This document shows, one piece after another, positions 1-9,641 of a stretch of 64,000 bases of DNA. Every line of letters starts with the position of its first letter. Within the stretch, counting starts at the first letter, position 1. Below the pieces are notes generated by a model. It was not told the DNA's origin, did not search any database, and was given only the letters and a program-made list of their open reading frames with translations. A program made the translations under genes and the position numbers. Source of the stretch: Candidatus Rifleibacteriota bacterium (GTDB lineage: Bacteria > Muiribacteriota > Ozemobacteria > Ozemobacterales > Ozemobacteraceae); contig JAAYNI010000033.1 of NCBI GenBank assembly GCA_012520995.1, positions 128,826-192,825 of the forward strand. Direction: 5' to 3'.

Positions 1-1370
1 GGGTTCGCCCGTTTCAGGCTCTGTCATCTTTTCAGCGTTGCCGTGGTCAGCAGTAATTATGCAGTTGTAACCCAAGCCATAAGCTACTGGGATAACTTTG
101 GCTAACACGTTGTCTACTGTTTTGACGGCTTCAACGGCGGCATCAAATATACCTGTATGACCGACCATATCACAGTTTGCGAAGTTGACCATTATGAACG
201 GATATTTCTTGGATCTGAGTTTTTCGTTCAAAATATCGCCTACTTCAAAAGCTGACATTTCAGGTTTAAGGTCGTAGGTTTTTACTTTTGGCGAAGGTAT
301 CATGACACGATCTTCCATGGGGAATGGAGCTTCTTCGCCTCCATTTGTAAAATAGGTTACGTGGGCGTATTTTTCTGTTTCGGCTAAGCGGAACTGTGGG
401 ATGTTATTGTCTGCCAGAACTTTTCCAAGAACATTGTCTAATTTCTCTTGCTTAAAAAGCACGGGGAAAGTAAATTCGTCGGAATAGTTGGTAAAGCTTA
501 CATAAGAGACGGTCATCTCTTTGCGTTTGAATTCCTCAAAAGCAGGAGCAGTAAAGACTCTCGTGATTTGTCTCATACGATCTGCTCTGAAATTGAAGGC
601 CAGAATAGCATCGCCGTCTTCAATAGTTGCGACAGGGGTTCCGTCTTCTTTTTCTATGACTGCCGGCATTATGAACTCGTCTGTGACGTTTACTTTGTAT
701 GAGGCTTCTACAGCCAGTTCTGCTGACGGTGCTCGGTTGCCTACTCCCAAAACCATAGCTGCATAAGCTTTTTCGACTCTTTCCCAGCGGTTGTCTCTGT
801 CCATTGCATAGTATCGGCCTGAAACAGTAGCAATTTGTCCTGTGCCAATCTCTTTGATTTTTTCTTCGAGAGCTTTGATAAAGTGGATTCCTGAAGTCGG
901 TGAAGTGTCTCTGCCATCAGTGAAGCAATGTATAAAGACTTTTTCAAGACCGGCGTCTTTGGCTGCTTTCAAAATAGCGTATATGTGGTTTTGATGGCTG
1001 TGAACTCCGCCATCAGAAACCAATCCGTAAAGGTGGAGAGCTTTTTCAGAGGCTTTGAGCTTTGTGAAAAGGTCCTGCAATACCGGGTTTGTGAAGAAAG
1101 AACCTTCTTCAATGGCCATGTTTATTCGGGTAATGTCTTGGTAGACAATTCTCCCTGCGCCTATGTTCAGATGGCCAACTTCAGAGTTGCCCATTTGTCC
1201 TGCAGGCAAGCCGACTTCTCTGCCGGATGCGTTAATTTCTGTATAGGGTCTCTCGTTGAAAAGTTTCAGGAGAAACTCGGGTTTAGCTTCTGCAATGGCA
1301 TTGCCTTCAGTTTCTTTCGAAACTCCGAAGCCGTCAAGAATCACTAGTAGAACGTCTGTAGCTGGTTTCA
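1..1370 (-). CDS. gpmI: 2,3-bisphosphoglycerate-independent phosphoglycerate mutase; 3' end runs off the window start
   Basis: Reverse-strand translation from ATG (complement 1368-1370) gives MKPATDVLLVILDGFG...GQMGNSEVGHLNIGAGR...LVSDGGVHSH...FTDGRDT...ITADHGNAE. These are the canonical iPGM metal-binding and catalytic motifs. No stop codon before position 1. The supplied ORF track omits it because the ORF is open at the edge. Confidence 0.9.
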
Positions 1371-1488
1371 TAGTATACCTTAGTCCTTCTTTTAACGGTA
1401 AGATTATAAGCTCTTACTTCTTTGATGTCAACAATTTGCCACGAGACAGAATTGGAGATGTTTCAAAAGATTAAATTGAGAATTCATA

Positions 1489-1517
1489 TTGAAATATGCT
1501 TTTTATTAATTTATAAT
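1489..1517 (+). promoter_or_regulatory. sigma-70-like promoter for the cheC-cheD-fliA operon
   Basis: TTGAAA (1489-1494), 17-nt spacer, TATAAT (1512-1517). It lies about 30 nt upstream of the cheC ATG at 1548. A GGGCGG Shine-Dalgarno-like stretch sits 8 nt before the start. Confidence 0.4.
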
Positions 1518-1547
1518 AGTTCCAACTATCGCCAAGGGCGGTTATCT

Positions 1548-2168
1548 ATGTCGCATACAAAACAATTGACAAGTTTGCAGCTTGATGCCCTCAAAGAAGC
1601 GGCCAACATAGGAGCCGGCAATGCAGCCGGAGCTTTGGCACAGTTTTTAGGGCGACGCATTGATATGAGCGTGCCAAGAACTGCATTGATCAGTTGTGCT
1701 GATATTGCTAGCTATGCTGGTCTGGAAGAAGACTCGCAAAGCATTAGCATAGCTTTCCGTGTTATTGGTGATTTGCCAGGGCATTTTCTGATGCTGCTTT
1801 CAGAAAAAACAGGTCTTTCTCTTCTTAAAGGGCTTCTTCCGGAAACCAAACAAGTTGAGATTGATAATATGGGAGAACTTGAAGAATCATGTCTGAAAGA
1901 AGTAGGCAACATAATGACTGCTTCTTTTCTTATTGCTCTCTCGGTTTTTCTGAAGGTTAATTTGATGAACTCCTTGCCTGAAATGACTATTTGCGAGGGC
2001 GGTCTTTTCTCTGAGTTGCTTCTTGACGAGTTTAAATGCTCTGATGCCAAAGCGTTGATGTTGGAAACCCGCTTTCACGAAAGTGAAGAAAACTTGAATA
2101 TTTATCTTTTCTTTTTGCCTACCGAAACTTCCCTTAAGAAGCTTCTGAAAAAACTGGGGTTGCCATGA
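1548..2168 (+). CDS. cheC: chemotaxis protein CheC (CheY-P phosphatase family)
   Basis: From MSHTKQL, the protein contains LDALKEAANIGAGNAAGALAQFLGRRIDMSVP, the CheC/FliY signature. A second E..N-containing half follows. The ORF-track start at 1422 is upstream of the promoter and lacks an RBS, so the internal ATG at 1548 is preferred. Confidence 0.8.
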   Translation: MSHTKQLTSLQLDALKEAANIGAGNAAGALAQFLGRRIDMSVPRTALISCADIASYAGLEEDSQSISIAFRVIGDLPGHFLMLLSEKTGLSLLKGLLPETKQVEIDNMGELEESCLKEVGNIMTASFLIALSVFLKVNLMNSLPEMTICEGGLFSELLLDEFKCSDAKALMLETRFHESEENLNIYLFFLPTETSLKKLLKKLGLP

Positions 2169-2659
2169 TGGCTGATCTGCGAACAGTTCCTATGGGTAAG
2201 ATGGATATAGCTCAAGGCGGAGAGCTCTTGGCTGTTTACGGGATAGGTTCATGTGTCATAATGACGTTCTTCAATTTCGACAGCCAAATAGGCGCTCTGG
2301 CTCATGTGTTGCTTCCTGATTCGACTCAGGAGGAAGACTCGGAGGATTTTAATCTCTTTAAATTCGCTGATACCGCAGTTTTAGGAATGACAACCGCCCT
2401 TGCTGGCAGAGGTGTTCCGCGCCGCAGTCTTGTGGCAAAACTCGTCGGAGGAGCCGAGATGTTTGGAGAGGAAAACCCTGATGCCTTGTCTCGCGTGGGA
2501 GCGGAAAATGTAGCGGCTGCAAAAGAGGCTTTGAAAAAAGCTGGCATACCTTTGATAGCAGAGGATGTCGGCGGCTCTAAAGGCCGATCTGTTACATTCG
2601 ACTCTTCTTCTGGGATGTTGACTGTGTCAGTCTTAGGTGAAGAGGATAAGGAAATTTGA
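2165..2659 (+). CDS. cheD: chemoreceptor glutamine deamidase CheD
   Basis: MMADLRTV...LAVYGIGSCVIMTFF...ALAHVLLPDS matches the CheD catalytic Cys/His region. The start overlaps the cheC stop (ATGA). Confidence 0.85.
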   Translation: MMADLRTVPMGKMDIAQGGELLAVYGIGSCVIMTFFNFDSQIGALAHVLLPDSTQEEDSEDFNLFKFADTAVLGMTTALAGRGVPRRSLVAKLVGGAEMFGEENPDALSRVGAENVAAAKEALKKAGIPLIAEDVGGSKGRSVTFDSSSGMLTVSVLGEEDKEI

Positions 2660-3055
2660 ATGAGCAGACTCTCGATTGTCATGGGCATATTTCTTGCTTT
2701 AGTGGTAGCGGTAAGTGTGCTCTTGGCAGGAGTGATGTCATCGGTAGAACCTTTGACAGTTGTCTGCCGTTTTATTATAGTGTTCTTTATATTTGGCATT
2801 TTAGGAACCTTCATAGGCAGTTTTTTGGAGATTTTTTTAATGCCGGTTCTTGAAACAGAAGAAAATATAACTTTAAAAGCAGAAATGAAAGCTGATGACT
2901 CGGAGATTAAAGCTAAGCTTGGCGATCTTCTGGAAAGCAGAAAAAGCGGCACAGAAGAAAAATCTGGCAAAGACTTTGATTCAGACTCCGATGAGGAAGT
3001 TTTCGGAACTGAGTCGGCAGCAGTCGACAAGTCAGTGGATATAACGGAGGGCTGA
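2660..3055 (+). CDS. small membrane protein with acidic C-terminal tail (unknown function) between cheD and fliA
   Basis: 131 aa. Two predicted TM helices (IVMGIFLALVVAVSVLLAGV; FIIVFFIFGILGTFIGSFLEIFL). The tail (KSGKDFDSDSDEEVFGTE...) is rich in D and E. It is tightly packed between cheD and fliA (1-nt and 1-nt gaps). Confidence 0.5.
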   Translation: MSRLSIVMGIFLALVVAVSVLLAGVMSSVEPLTVVCRFIIVFFIFGILGTFIGSFLEIFLMPVLETEENITLKAEMKADDSEIKAKLGDLLESRKSGTEEKSGKDFDSDSDEEVFGTESAAVDKSVDITEG

Positions 3056-3056
3056 T

Positions 3057-3902
3057 GTGAACAAATCACTTCTGACAGAGCCTGAAGCTCAGGACAAAAT
3101 AATTAATCCGATGCTTACGGCAAGACTGGAAGACGAGGACGATCAGAAGCTGTGGGAGCGCTATAAACAAAGCGGCGACCAGAAAATCAAAGATGCTTTG
3201 ATTGTTAAATATGCTTCCTTTGTGAAGTTTGTCGCTGGCAGAATAGCTGTGAATTTGCCTAGCAACGTTGAGTTTGATGACCTTGTCAGCTATGGCATTT
3301 TAGGTTTAATAGATGCTATAGACAAATATGACCTTGATAAAAACGTTAAGTTTAAAACATATGCGAAAACCAGAATAAGAGGCGCTATTTTTGATGAATT
3401 GCGTGGGCTTGACTGGACTCCGCGTTCTATTAGGCAAAAAGCCAGAAAGTTGGAAAAAGCCTATGCAAAACTTGAAGGAAAGCTTGGGAGAGATGCTAAA
3501 GACAGTGAGATTGCGGAATATCTCAATATAGATGTTTCTGAGCTTCACAAGCTCTTTGATGAAACCAAGAAGTCTCTGCTCTTATCGCTTGATGAGATTT
3601 TTTATGATGATGATGAGGGATCTTCCCGCTTTGATTTCATAGAGGATGTTACCAGTGATAATCCTCAAAAAAATATAGAGGAAGTCGAAGCCAAAAAGAT
3701 CTTAGCTGACGCTATATCAAAACTTTCTGACAGAGAACGAATAGTTATCACTCTGTATTATTATGAGGATTTGACCTCTAAGGAGATAGGAAAGATACTC
3801 GGAGTTTCTGATTCCAGAGTTTCGCAGCTGCATACTAAAGCAATATTGCGCCTCAGAGGCCGATTGAGCCGTATTAAGTATGCTCTTATGACTGATAAAT
3901 AG
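3057..3902 (+). CDS. fliA: RNA polymerase sigma factor FliA/sigma-28 (flagellar/chemotaxis sigma, SigD/WhiG family)
   Basis: GTG start. Region 2 reads DLVSYGILGLIDAIDKYDLDKNVKFKTYAKTRIRGAIFDELR. Region 4 HTH reads LTSKEIGKILGVSDSRVSQLHTKAILRLR. It is about 280 aa and sits downstream of cheC/cheD, as in Bacillus-type fla/che operons. Confidence 0.85.
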   Translation: MNKSLLTEPEAQDKIINPMLTARLEDEDDQKLWERYKQSGDQKIKDALIVKYASFVKFVAGRIAVNLPSNVEFDDLVSYGILGLIDAIDKYDLDKNVKFKTYAKTRIRGAIFDELRGLDWTPRSIRQKARKLEKAYAKLEGKLGRDAKDSEIAEYLNIDVSELHKLFDETKKSLLLSLDEIFYDDDEGSSRFDFIEDVTSDNPQKNIEEVEAKKILADAISKLSDRERIVITLYYYEDLTSKEIGKILGVSDSRVSQLHTKAILRLRGRLSRIKYALMTDK

Positions 3903-3934
3903 CAAGTCTCAGCTAATTCAACCTCCGGAAAAGA

Positions 3935-3977
3935 AGAGCCTGCCCGCTTTTAAGAGTTGGCAGGCTTTCTTCTTTTA
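3935..3977 (+). terminator. rho-independent terminator after fliA
   Basis: Stem AGCCTGCC (3938-3945) pairs with GGCAGGCT (3959-3966). The following 10 nt, TTCTTCTTTT (3967-3976), are T-rich. Confidence 0.6.
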
Positions 3978-3979
3978 GC

Positions 3980-4023
3980 AAAAAAAATCCCTGCCTAAGA
4001 GACTTAAAAGCAGGGTTTTTTTA
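3980..4023. terminator. bidirectional rho-independent terminator (serves the convergent minus-strand HAMP gene)
   Basis: A7 run, stem CCCTGC (3989-3994) pairing with GCAGGG (4010-4015), then T7 (4016-4022). It is symmetric, so it is functional on either strand. Confidence 0.6.
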
Positions 4024-4045
4024 GTTATATGTAAAAGAAAAAAGT

Positions 4046-4669
4046 TTATTCTTCTTCAGCTTCTTCTTTTTCTTCAAGGCTGGAGGTATTTGTCGGTTCA
4101 TCGTCTTCCTCTTCTTCAAACTTGAATTGAGAAAGCAACTTGTCTAATTCTCTGGCGCTTTCCAAGAGGCCTGTAAACTTTTGGTCTTTATCTAAAATTT
4201 CAGCTTTGAGAGCCATATCGTCAGTTAAAGCCTTCGCGGTTGAAAGAGTGTTTCTCAATTTTTCGGAAAGCTTGTTCAGAGCAGAAGCCAATTCTTTCAG
4301 GTTGTCGTCTTTTCTGAGATTTATAGCAAAATTAAGATCGCCGTTTGTGATGCGTTGAATACATTTTTCTAGTTTATAGGCGGGACCCGCTGTTTTATGT
4401 GAATATATGACTGCCACTATGAATACTATAAAAATATTGACAATGAGTATTGTAAAGAGTCTGCCTGCATACTTGGAGGTAAACTCTGACAAGAAGCTCA
4501 CTACAGTGTATTGTTGAGTTAAGGTGGCATCCGTTTCTAGGAAAAAACTGGCCAGCAAATAAAGATTAAAAGCGGTTACCACGGCAACCAGCAAGACTAT
4601 AAGTATGCTCATTGCGGCATATTTACTTTGCATAGCCTTTGCTACAAAGTAGTTTTTACGTTGGGTCAT
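4046..4669 (-). CDS. HAMP-domain membrane protein with no recognisable output domain and a poly-acidic tail
   Basis: Start chosen at MTQRKNYF (AGGAGA Shine-Dalgarno 8 nt upstream); the ORF track extends to 4729. Two TM helices. HAMP-like segment AGPAYKLEKCIQRITNGDLNFAINLRKDDNLKELASALNKLSEKL. Coiled coil. C-terminus EEEDDEPTNTSSLEEKEEAEEE. Confidence 0.6.
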   Translation of the reverse strand: MTQRKNYFVAKAMQSKYAAMSILIVLLVAVVTAFNLYLLASFFLETDATLTQQYTVVSFLSEFTSKYAGRLFTILIVNIFIVFIVAVIYSHKTAGPAYKLEKCIQRITNGDLNFAINLRKDDNLKELASALNKLSEKLRNTLSTAKALTDDMALKAEILDKDQKFTGLLESARELDKLLSQFKFEEEEDDEPTNTSSLEEKEEAEEE

Positions 4670-4865
4670 CAAAAATGTCTCCTGAAATAATTGCAACTTT
4701 AGAATACAACAATGTTTTCTATTAGTCAATTCACGGAAAAAAAGAACCCGGATGTCTTAAAAAGCTTTTCCGGATTCCTTTTAACAAAGCATTTGCCAAA
4801 CGCAAGATCCCAGAGGGAATGAAAGGGGACTGTTGCAGTTGAGAAACAGTCCGCCTAATTGTGTT

Positions 4866-5630
4866 TTAGTAAGATGGGCTTTTGCCTATTACTTCCTGAT
4901 AGTTCTGGTAAGCATCGAGATATTCTTTATGAACTGTCTCAAGATCTTTGGCAGAAACATTGCTTCTAGTGGCATTTACATATGTTTTATAGGCTTTCTG
5001 ATAGCGTTCAGCCGCAAGTCTGGCTTTTGTATCGGCATCTACGATTTTTTCCTCTTCCAGAACGGGAGCCTGTACTGTAGTTGCACTGTAAACAGGCGGC
5101 AGAGATGTAGAGGCTGCGGGAACTTTCGCAGGTAATGCCTGAACAGAAGTTGTCTTGGTTGTCGCAGTGGATGAGCGCTCAGCGGGCGCGAAGAGTTTTC
5201 CGCCTGTAGCTGCCGCGTCAATGCGATAAATGAGGTTCATTGCCAACTTGCCAAGGAAACCGCCAAGCAGAGGGCCTATTATGTAGCCTATGGGACCCAT
5301 TGAAGCCATGGCACTCAGTCCGACCCCGGCTCCAGCTATGACAGCTATATTAGTGAGGCTTCCTGTCATGTATCTGCCAATTATTCCACCGACGCTGTAT
5401 CCAAGAATACCGCCGATAAGGGTGCCAAGGGGAGGATAGAATGCTGAGCATATAGATGCACCGGCCAAGGTTCCGCCGACTTTGCCTATTACATCGCCAT
5501 AAGGGCGTATAGCAGCAAGCATACTGCCAAGCAATCCTGCTTCTGCTGTATGCGGAGTAGCAAAGATCATTGCCAGCATGGTGACTGTTAGCACTATGCT
5601 TAAAGTTTTTCTTGTTTTAATCTTATACAT
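4866..5630 (-). CDS. secreted/membrane glycine-zipper protein (hypothetical)
   Basis: Signal peptide MYKIKTRKTLSIVLTVTMLAMIFATPHTAEA. A roughly 110-aa G-rich stretch has GxxxG periodicity (IGGILGYSVGGIIG...GAGVGLSAMASMGPIGYIIGPLLGGFLG). Then a Thr/Ala-rich linker and a C-terminal helical domain. GGAGG Shine-Dalgarno present. Confidence 0.55.
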   Translation of the reverse strand: MYKIKTRKTLSIVLTVTMLAMIFATPHTAEAGLLGSMLAAIRPYGDVIGKVGGTLAGASICSAFYPPLGTLIGGILGYSVGGIIGRYMTGSLTNIAVIAGAGVGLSAMASMGPIGYIIGPLLGGFLGKLAMNLIYRIDAAATGGKLFAPAERSSTATTKTTSVQALPAKVPAASTSLPPVYSATTVQAPVLEEEKIVDADTKARLAAERYQKAYKTYVNATRSNVSAKDLETVHKEYLDAYQNYQEVIGKSPSY

Positions 5631-5671
5631 ATTAACCTCCGAGTTATATGCTTGTTATGACACTTATAACA

Positions 5672-5700
5672 ATTATAGCCAAAAAAAAACAAACCCGCAA
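5672..5700 (-). promoter_or_regulatory. candidate sigma-70 promoter for the glycine-zipper gene
   Basis: On the minus strand: TTGCGG (complement 5695-5700), 17 nt, TATAAT (complement 5672-5677). It lies about 40 nt upstream of the ATG at 5630. Confidence 0.3.
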
Positions 5701-5961
5701 TGTACCGAACAGTTTTTTACTAAAACTTATCTAAAAGTTTCTTTCAGAATTTTTATTCGCAGATGAAAACAGACAAGATTTTAAGCATGGCTTAAAATCA
5801 GGGAGTAGGGGAGCTTGTCCGAAAACTAGTGAAAAACGTAAAATTTGAAAAAGTGCAGAAAAGAGCAAAACATTTATTTCTAAAATTTATACTTTATAAT
5901 TTCTAATTTCTAACTCAATTAAGCTCGCCACTGATCACTGGCTGTTTCTGCTCCCTAATCC

Positions 5962-7062
5962 CTAACTTCTGGAGTTCTCAAGTATGTCGGCAATTCTTAT
6001 GCTGGCTTTGCCGTCTCCGTATGGGTTGACGGCTTTTGCCATTTTTGTGTAGGACGATTTGTTTTCTAAGAGTTCTTTAAAATTTTCATATATGACATTT
6101 TCATTTGTGCCTACAAGACGGGCTGTTCCAGCTTTTATACCTTCGGGTCTTTCGGTGGTGTCTCGCATCACAAGAACAGGTTTTCCGTATGAGGGGCATT
6201 CTTCTTGGATGCCGCCTGAGTCTGTGAGACAGAGATGACATCTGGCTTCAAAATTATGACAGTCAAAAACATCTATAGGCTCAATTATATGGATCCTTTC
6301 GCAATCACCAAGCTCTTCATCGGCTATTTGTCTGACAGTAGGATTCATATGGATAGGATAAACAGCTTTGCAGTCCGGGTGTTCGCTTAAAACTCGCTTG
6401 ATGGCTCTGAACATGCTTCGCATAGGTTCGCCGATATTTTCTCTTCTGTGAGCCGTTATAAAAATAAGCTTGTCTTTACCGACCCAATCAAGTTCAGGAT
6501 GAGTGTAATCTTCTCTGACTGTGTGCTGCATAGCGTCAATTACAGTGTTTCCTGTTACATATATGCTTTTGGGGGCTTTCCCTTCTTTTATAAGATTTTC
6601 TTTGGCAAGTTCGGTAGGCGCAAAATTATATTTGGAAACAATGCTGATAGATTGTCTGTTAAATTCTTCGGGATAGGGTGAATAAATGTTGTAGGTGCGT
6701 AAGCCTGCTTCCACATGACCGACAGGAATTTGCATATAAAAAGCTGTCAGAGCTGATACGAAAGCGGTTGAGGTGTCGCCGTGAACCAGAACGCAATCCG
6801 GCTTAACTTCTTCTAAGACGTCTTTTAATCCCAACATTATAGAAGTTGTTATATCAAAAAGAGTCTGCTTTTCTTTCATAATTGAAAGATCAAAGTCGGG
6901 TTTTACTCCAAAGGTTTTGAGAACTTGATCTAACATTTGTCTGTGCTGTCCAGTGACACATACAAAAGTTTTTAGGCTTTTTCTTTTTTTTAACTCTAAC
7001 ACCAAAGGGCACATTTTAATGGCTTCAGGTCTTGTGCCAAAAACCAGTAATATCTTTTTCAT
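5962..7062 (-). CDS. wecB: UDP-N-acetylglucosamine 2-epimerase (non-hydrolysing), WecB/MnaA family
   Basis: MKKILLVFGTRPEAIKMCPL...VTGQHRQMLDQVL...VHGDTSTAFV...HVEAGLRT...TDSGGIQEE. These are the characteristic epimerase_2 motifs. GGAGA Shine-Dalgarno present. Confidence 0.9.
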   Translation of the reverse strand: MKKILLVFGTRPEAIKMCPLVLELKKRKSLKTFVCVTGQHRQMLDQVLKTFGVKPDFDLSIMKEKQTLFDITTSIMLGLKDVLEEVKPDCVLVHGDTSTAFVSALTAFYMQIPVGHVEAGLRTYNIYSPYPEEFNRQSISIVSKYNFAPTELAKENLIKEGKAPKSIYVTGNTVIDAMQHTVREDYTHPELDWVGKDKLIFITAHRRENIGEPMRSMFRAIKRVLSEHPDCKAVYPIHMNPTVRQIADEELGDCERIHIIEPIDVFDCHNFEARCHLCLTDSGGIQEECPSYGKPVLVMRDTTERPEGIKAGTARLVGTNENVIYENFKELLENKSSYTKMAKAVNPYGDGKASIRIADILENSRS

Positions 7063-7183
7063 TCAGTTTCTCCAAGATTTGGTCGCTTATAAAGCGAGTT
7101 TACCTGTAATTACAGTGCTTTGCAACAAACAGCTGGCTTAAAAAGATTTCTTGGATAATCAGCTTTATGCTATAATTTTACCT

Positions 7184-8524
7184 ATGAAAAGCAATAAAGA
7201 CATTAAAATGATTCTTAGGGAGTTGTCGACTCTCCGTTCTCAAGGTCTCTTGGACGAAGAGTCCTATTTGTCATGTGTTGAATATTATAAAAGCGCTAAT
7301 GGAACAGCTAAAAGTCCAGTCTTAAAGTATGCTTATACGGCTGTGATGATAATTGGCGGTTTAATGCTGGCTTTAGGTGTTATCACCTTTTTCAGCTATA
7401 ACTGGAACAGTTTAGGACGCTCTCTTCAGGTTGCGATTTCTTTTATTCCGCTGCTTTTGGCAGGAGCTTTCTCTGTATTCGTAATTAGGAATAAAGAGGG
7501 ACGAGCTCTTGATGAAATATCTGCTGTAACAACATTTGCAGGAATTATTGTGCTCATAACTATGTTGACGCACATTTATCAAATCTCTGGCAATATAGTA
7601 GATTTTTTTACTCTGCTAATTGTTTTGGGTGTGCCCTTGATGTATGTTTTTGACAGTTATTTGCTTTTTGCTTGTATCTCACTTATGTTGCTTGCCTTCG
7701 GTTATCCTGAACTGACCATAGGTTATGAGTTTATACGTAATTTGCTGTTCGCTGCTCTTATCTTCCCTTTTATGAGCGCAAAACTTAAAAAGAAGGGGTT
7801 TGCTAGAGCTATTATTCAATATTTTGCCATTCCTTATCTTTTATTTATAGCCTTTACTTTTTCCGGTTTCAAACAAATTCCTGCTGTTCTTTTTTCCATG
7901 ATAGGATTTATTTTAGTAATGTCCTTAAATGAAAACAGAGCGGGCGTTTCTATACTCACAAGCCCTTGGTATGCCTTAAGCTATCTGGCATTGTCAGGGA
8001 TTCTTGTTTTTGCATCGCTTTATCGGGTTCCAGGATTAGATATAGGCAGCAGATTTAAAGCAGCTCCTTTTGCAAATAGTATACCAGTAGTTTTCATGCT
8101 CCTTATGATTGCTGGCTCTTTTTATATGGCTTTCCGAAATAACAAAGCTGGAAAAAATGCCTCATTTATGACGGATTTCATGATTGCTTTGTATCAGGTT
8201 TTAGTTTTGCATATTCACCTTTCAGAGTCGGGGCAAACAAGATTGACTACTAATATTTTAACCTTGGCTATTGTCTATTGCTTTATAAAAGAAGGAATAA
8301 AGTTAAAGCGTCTTCTTATAGTGAATTTAGGCATAATAATGTTTTTGGAATATCTTTTTGCTTATTTTGCCACAGCATCTTTTTCGCAGCTGGACAAATC
8401 ATTCCTTTTCATGACGGGCGGAGTTATCTTCTTGGTTTTCAATCATATTGCATATAAACGAATGAAAGATTCGCCTGATGAGTCCTCAGCAGAGGCTTTG
8501 ACTATGAAAGGAGCAGAATCATGA
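7184..8524 (+). CDS. polytopic membrane protein, DUF2157/DUF4401-like (partner of GDYXXLXY proteins)
   Basis: N-terminal soluble segment (MKSNKDIKMILRELSTLRSQGLLDEESYL), then at least 10 predicted TM helices. The family call rests on this architecture plus the two GDYXXLXY genes immediately downstream, not on a measured alignment. The start could also be the TTG at 7151. A TATAAT at 7171-7176 sits just upstream of ATG 7184. Confidence 0.5.
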   Translation: MKSNKDIKMILRELSTLRSQGLLDEESYLSCVEYYKSANGTAKSPVLKYAYTAVMIIGGLMLALGVITFFSYNWNSLGRSLQVAISFIPLLLAGAFSVFVIRNKEGRALDEISAVTTFAGIIVLITMLTHIYQISGNIVDFFTLLIVLGVPLMYVFDSYLLFACISLMLLAFGYPELTIGYEFIRNLLFAALIFPFMSAKLKKKGFARAIIQYFAIPYLLFIAFTFSGFKQIPAVLFSMIGFILVMSLNENRAGVSILTSPWYALSYLALSGILVFASLYRVPGLDIGSRFKAAPFANSIPVVFMLLMIAGSFYMAFRNNKAGKNASFMTDFMIALYQVLVLHIHLSESGQTRLTTNILTLAIVYCFIKEGIKLKRLLIVNLGIIMFLEYLFAYFATASFSQLDKSFLFMTGGVIFLVFNHIAYKRMKDSPDESSAEALTMKGAES

Positions 8525-9288
8525 TTAAGAAAGAATACAGACTGCCAATATATCTGATAGTCTTTGCCTGCTCTTTGATTTATCCAATTTATCAAATAGT
8601 TAATTTGAATTATTTGATGGATTATGAAATATTTCCTTTTGAGGTCAGCCTCTATGATCCTCTTGATCTTTTTCGAGGGAGATATGTTGCTCTAAGTTAT
8701 GTTGAACTAGGCAAACCTGAAGTGCATGAAGCTGAATCAATTCCGCAAGCTGCAAATCGTTTGTCACAAAAGGTTTGGGCCACTCTTCAAAGAGATGGCG
8801 ATGTAACAAAACTGTCAAAAATTTATTTTGATAAAAAGCATCTGCCAAAAGGAGAGCCGTTTGTAAAAATTGATGGCGATAACTATTATATAAGCTGGCA
8901 ATACGAGGAGATTGCTGAGCCTGAAAGATTTGAAGACAATAAAGAGAATAGAAGACCTGCTGTTTCTGAAAAAAACTCTAAGCAGAAAAAAGAGAAGACC
9001 AAAAAAATTAAAACAGTAAGAGTAACCCGTTTGCCTATAAGCAAGTATTTTATGAACGAAAAACTGGCGCCTGAAGCGGAAAAATTGCTTGCTTCTACAA
9101 GAGGGCATGGCACTTACAGAGGCGAAAGGGTGAAGGCCATATTGCATTTGAGAGTTTATGAAAATGGTCATGTGGCTTCAGAAAAAATGACTGTGGGCGA
9201 TAAGACTATAGAAGAATTTGTCGAGCAATCTCTCAAAGAACAAGCTGCTGAAGCAGAGCGCAAAGAAGGAAGCAGAAGTTGGAAATAG
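8521..9288 (+). CDS. GDYXXLXY-domain protein, membrane-anchored (paralog 1)
   Basis: N-terminal TM anchor, then DPLDLFRGRYVALSY. This is the G-(D/R)-Y-x-x-L-x-Y signature. K-rich insert (KNSKQKKEKTKKIKT). C-terminal PEAEKLLASTRGHGTYRGERVKAILHLRVYENGHVASEKMTVGD is shared with paralog 2. ATGA overlap with the upstream gene. Confidence 0.65.
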   Translation: MIKKEYRLPIYLIVFACSLIYPIYQIVNLNYLMDYEIFPFEVSLYDPLDLFRGRYVALSYVELGKPEVHEAESIPQAANRLSQKVWATLQRDGDVTKLSKIYFDKKHLPKGEPFVKIDGDNYYISWQYEEIAEPERFEDNKENRRPAVSEKNSKQKKEKTKKIKTVRVTRLPISKYFMNEKLAPEAEKLLASTRGHGTYRGERVKAILHLRVYENGHVASEKMTVGDKTIEEFVEQSLKEQAAEAERKEGSRSWK

Positions 9289-9641
9289 TGCTTTATTGCA
9301 GCTAAATGTTCGTTATCCGGTATATTTATTTGAGAGTTTTGTTCTCTGTTTTTCAAATCTAAAAAAATCAGCTGTTTAACAGCATCTCAAAGCAGTTGTC
9401 AATTTCGGTAATTGAGTCTAAACAATTTCATAGTCTATTGACCACTGTCCATTGTAGTGCGATTGCAGCGCCAGAACAGCATGAATAGTTTGTTGTCTTT
9501 GTTGTCATTGAACAGAGAAGTTTTAGCTGAAACACGGCACTAGAGTATAGGAGGCGAGGCAGTGAGATCTGCTTCCAGCATTTTGAAAACAATAGGTCTT
9601 TTGCTGTTTGCTTTGGCTATAATAGCTGTTATCAGCTGTAA

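Noticed and set aside
928-1347. 139-aa plus-strand ORF
   Set aside because: It lies inside and antisense to the gpmI coding sequence, whose translation shows canonical iPGM motifs. It has no RBS or motif support.
2326-3069. 247-aa Ser-rich ORF on the minus strand spanning cheD, the small membrane gene and the fliA start
   Set aside because: It is entirely antisense to three well-supported plus-strand genes with clear family motifs. The low-complexity S-rich translation is typical of a shadow ORF.
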